A stretch of DNA of 64,000 nucleotides from Iphione sp. A-MEVVRFRX5 (taxonomy: Eukaryota). The stretch is taken from assembly GCA_976226885.1 (NCBI GenBank), contig OZ320315.1, forward strand, positions 78,058,001-78,122,000, written 5' to 3'. Positions 63,196-64,000 of this stretch are shown here, one piece after another. The translations under genes and the position numbers were made by a program. The notes under the pieces are model-generated. The model made no database searches. It was not told the DNA's origin and saw only the letters and a program-made list of their open reading frames with translations. How positions within the stretch are numbered: position 1 is the first letter of the stretch; every line of letters begins with the position of its first letter.

Positions 63196-64000
63196 TGTCT
63201 TGCATGTCATCTGGGTACAAAAGCCCGCGTTTTCCAATATAATAATTGTGATGCATAGAGGATGAACAAAGATGGATAAGGGAGTGATACTAATTGATGG
63301 CTGTGCATGGTCAGAGAGAGGAATGAATGAGGAGAGAATCTGGAGGAAAGGCAAAGAAGCAGACAGACGAAAGTAGTGGCCTCGATTGCAATGGGTAATA
63401 AAACTAAAGGATTTAGTATTATTCAGGTATGTGGGGTGTTGGGAAGGGTTAGTCATTGGTACACACAATGAGTTCAACTACAAGGTGTATTCAGTTCATT
63501 CTAGACATATGATCCACTGGACAGTTAGGACAAAACAAGATTTGGGCGGAATTCCTTGTGATCAGGACAAAATTCACTACAGAGAGAGTGAGACCTCCTG
63601 TCTGTACACATGGAAACCGGGCCTCCGTCACCATCCATTGTCTGGAAAATCAGCCAAATTTCTAGACCTACATGTACACATCCGGAAACCTGGAAACCAG
63701 GCCTAAATATAGTAATTTAGACAGTGAAGATCTTTTATTGAAGGTTATTTTATATTTTATGAATTGCTTATTCTGTCTACTGTCGCCCTAAATATGTCAA
63801 TACGTCCTGTGAGTGGTTGCTTGCTGATTGTTGAAAGCGGTCACCTTCGAAAGTCAAATAAATAAATACTTTATTTCAGCGCTCTCAATAACATTCCTCA
63901 CCCCTAACACCTCATGGTGATCGAGCCTGACCAGCAGGCGCTTAGAAACTCTTCCCCCTTTGGTGAGCCAAGATAATGTTTACATAGAAGGCCCCGCCTC

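Overview
Eukaryotic, most likely invertebrate-animal genomic DNA. The composition resembles amphioxus-type genomes, but that is an impression and cannot be verified here. I recognise no host protein-coding exon in the 64 kb, which reads like a large intron or regulatory intergenic region with microsatellites, old TE fragments and one N gap. The dominant feature is a complete, apparently very young 4.76-kb tyrosine-recombinase (DIRS-order, Ngaro/PAT-like) retrotransposon on the minus strand (35992-40753). It has split direct repeats A1-[gag, RT/RNaseH, YR]-B1-A2-spacer-B2 with identical repeat copies and three uninterrupted ORFs. Its expression signals can be read from the sequence. (i) An in-frame A_AAA_AAC slippery heptamer, a 5-nt spacer and an H-type pseudoknot at the gag/RT overlap predict -1 ribosomal frameshifting. 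(ii) The recombinase ORF has no usable AUG, and a TTTCAG splice acceptor sits directly after the RT stop, in phase with GT donors in gag. (iii) A promoter-like A repeat and a poly(A)-signal-bearing B repeat flank a unique 58-bp spacer, predicting a ~250-nt internal RNA. The window also holds a decayed CR1/L2-group LINE (60.9-63.2 kb), a ~0.93-kb element with 20-bp inverted termini (2.3-3.2 kb), a degenerate subrepeat complex (17-20 kb) and a strong excess of the palindrome TACATGTA.
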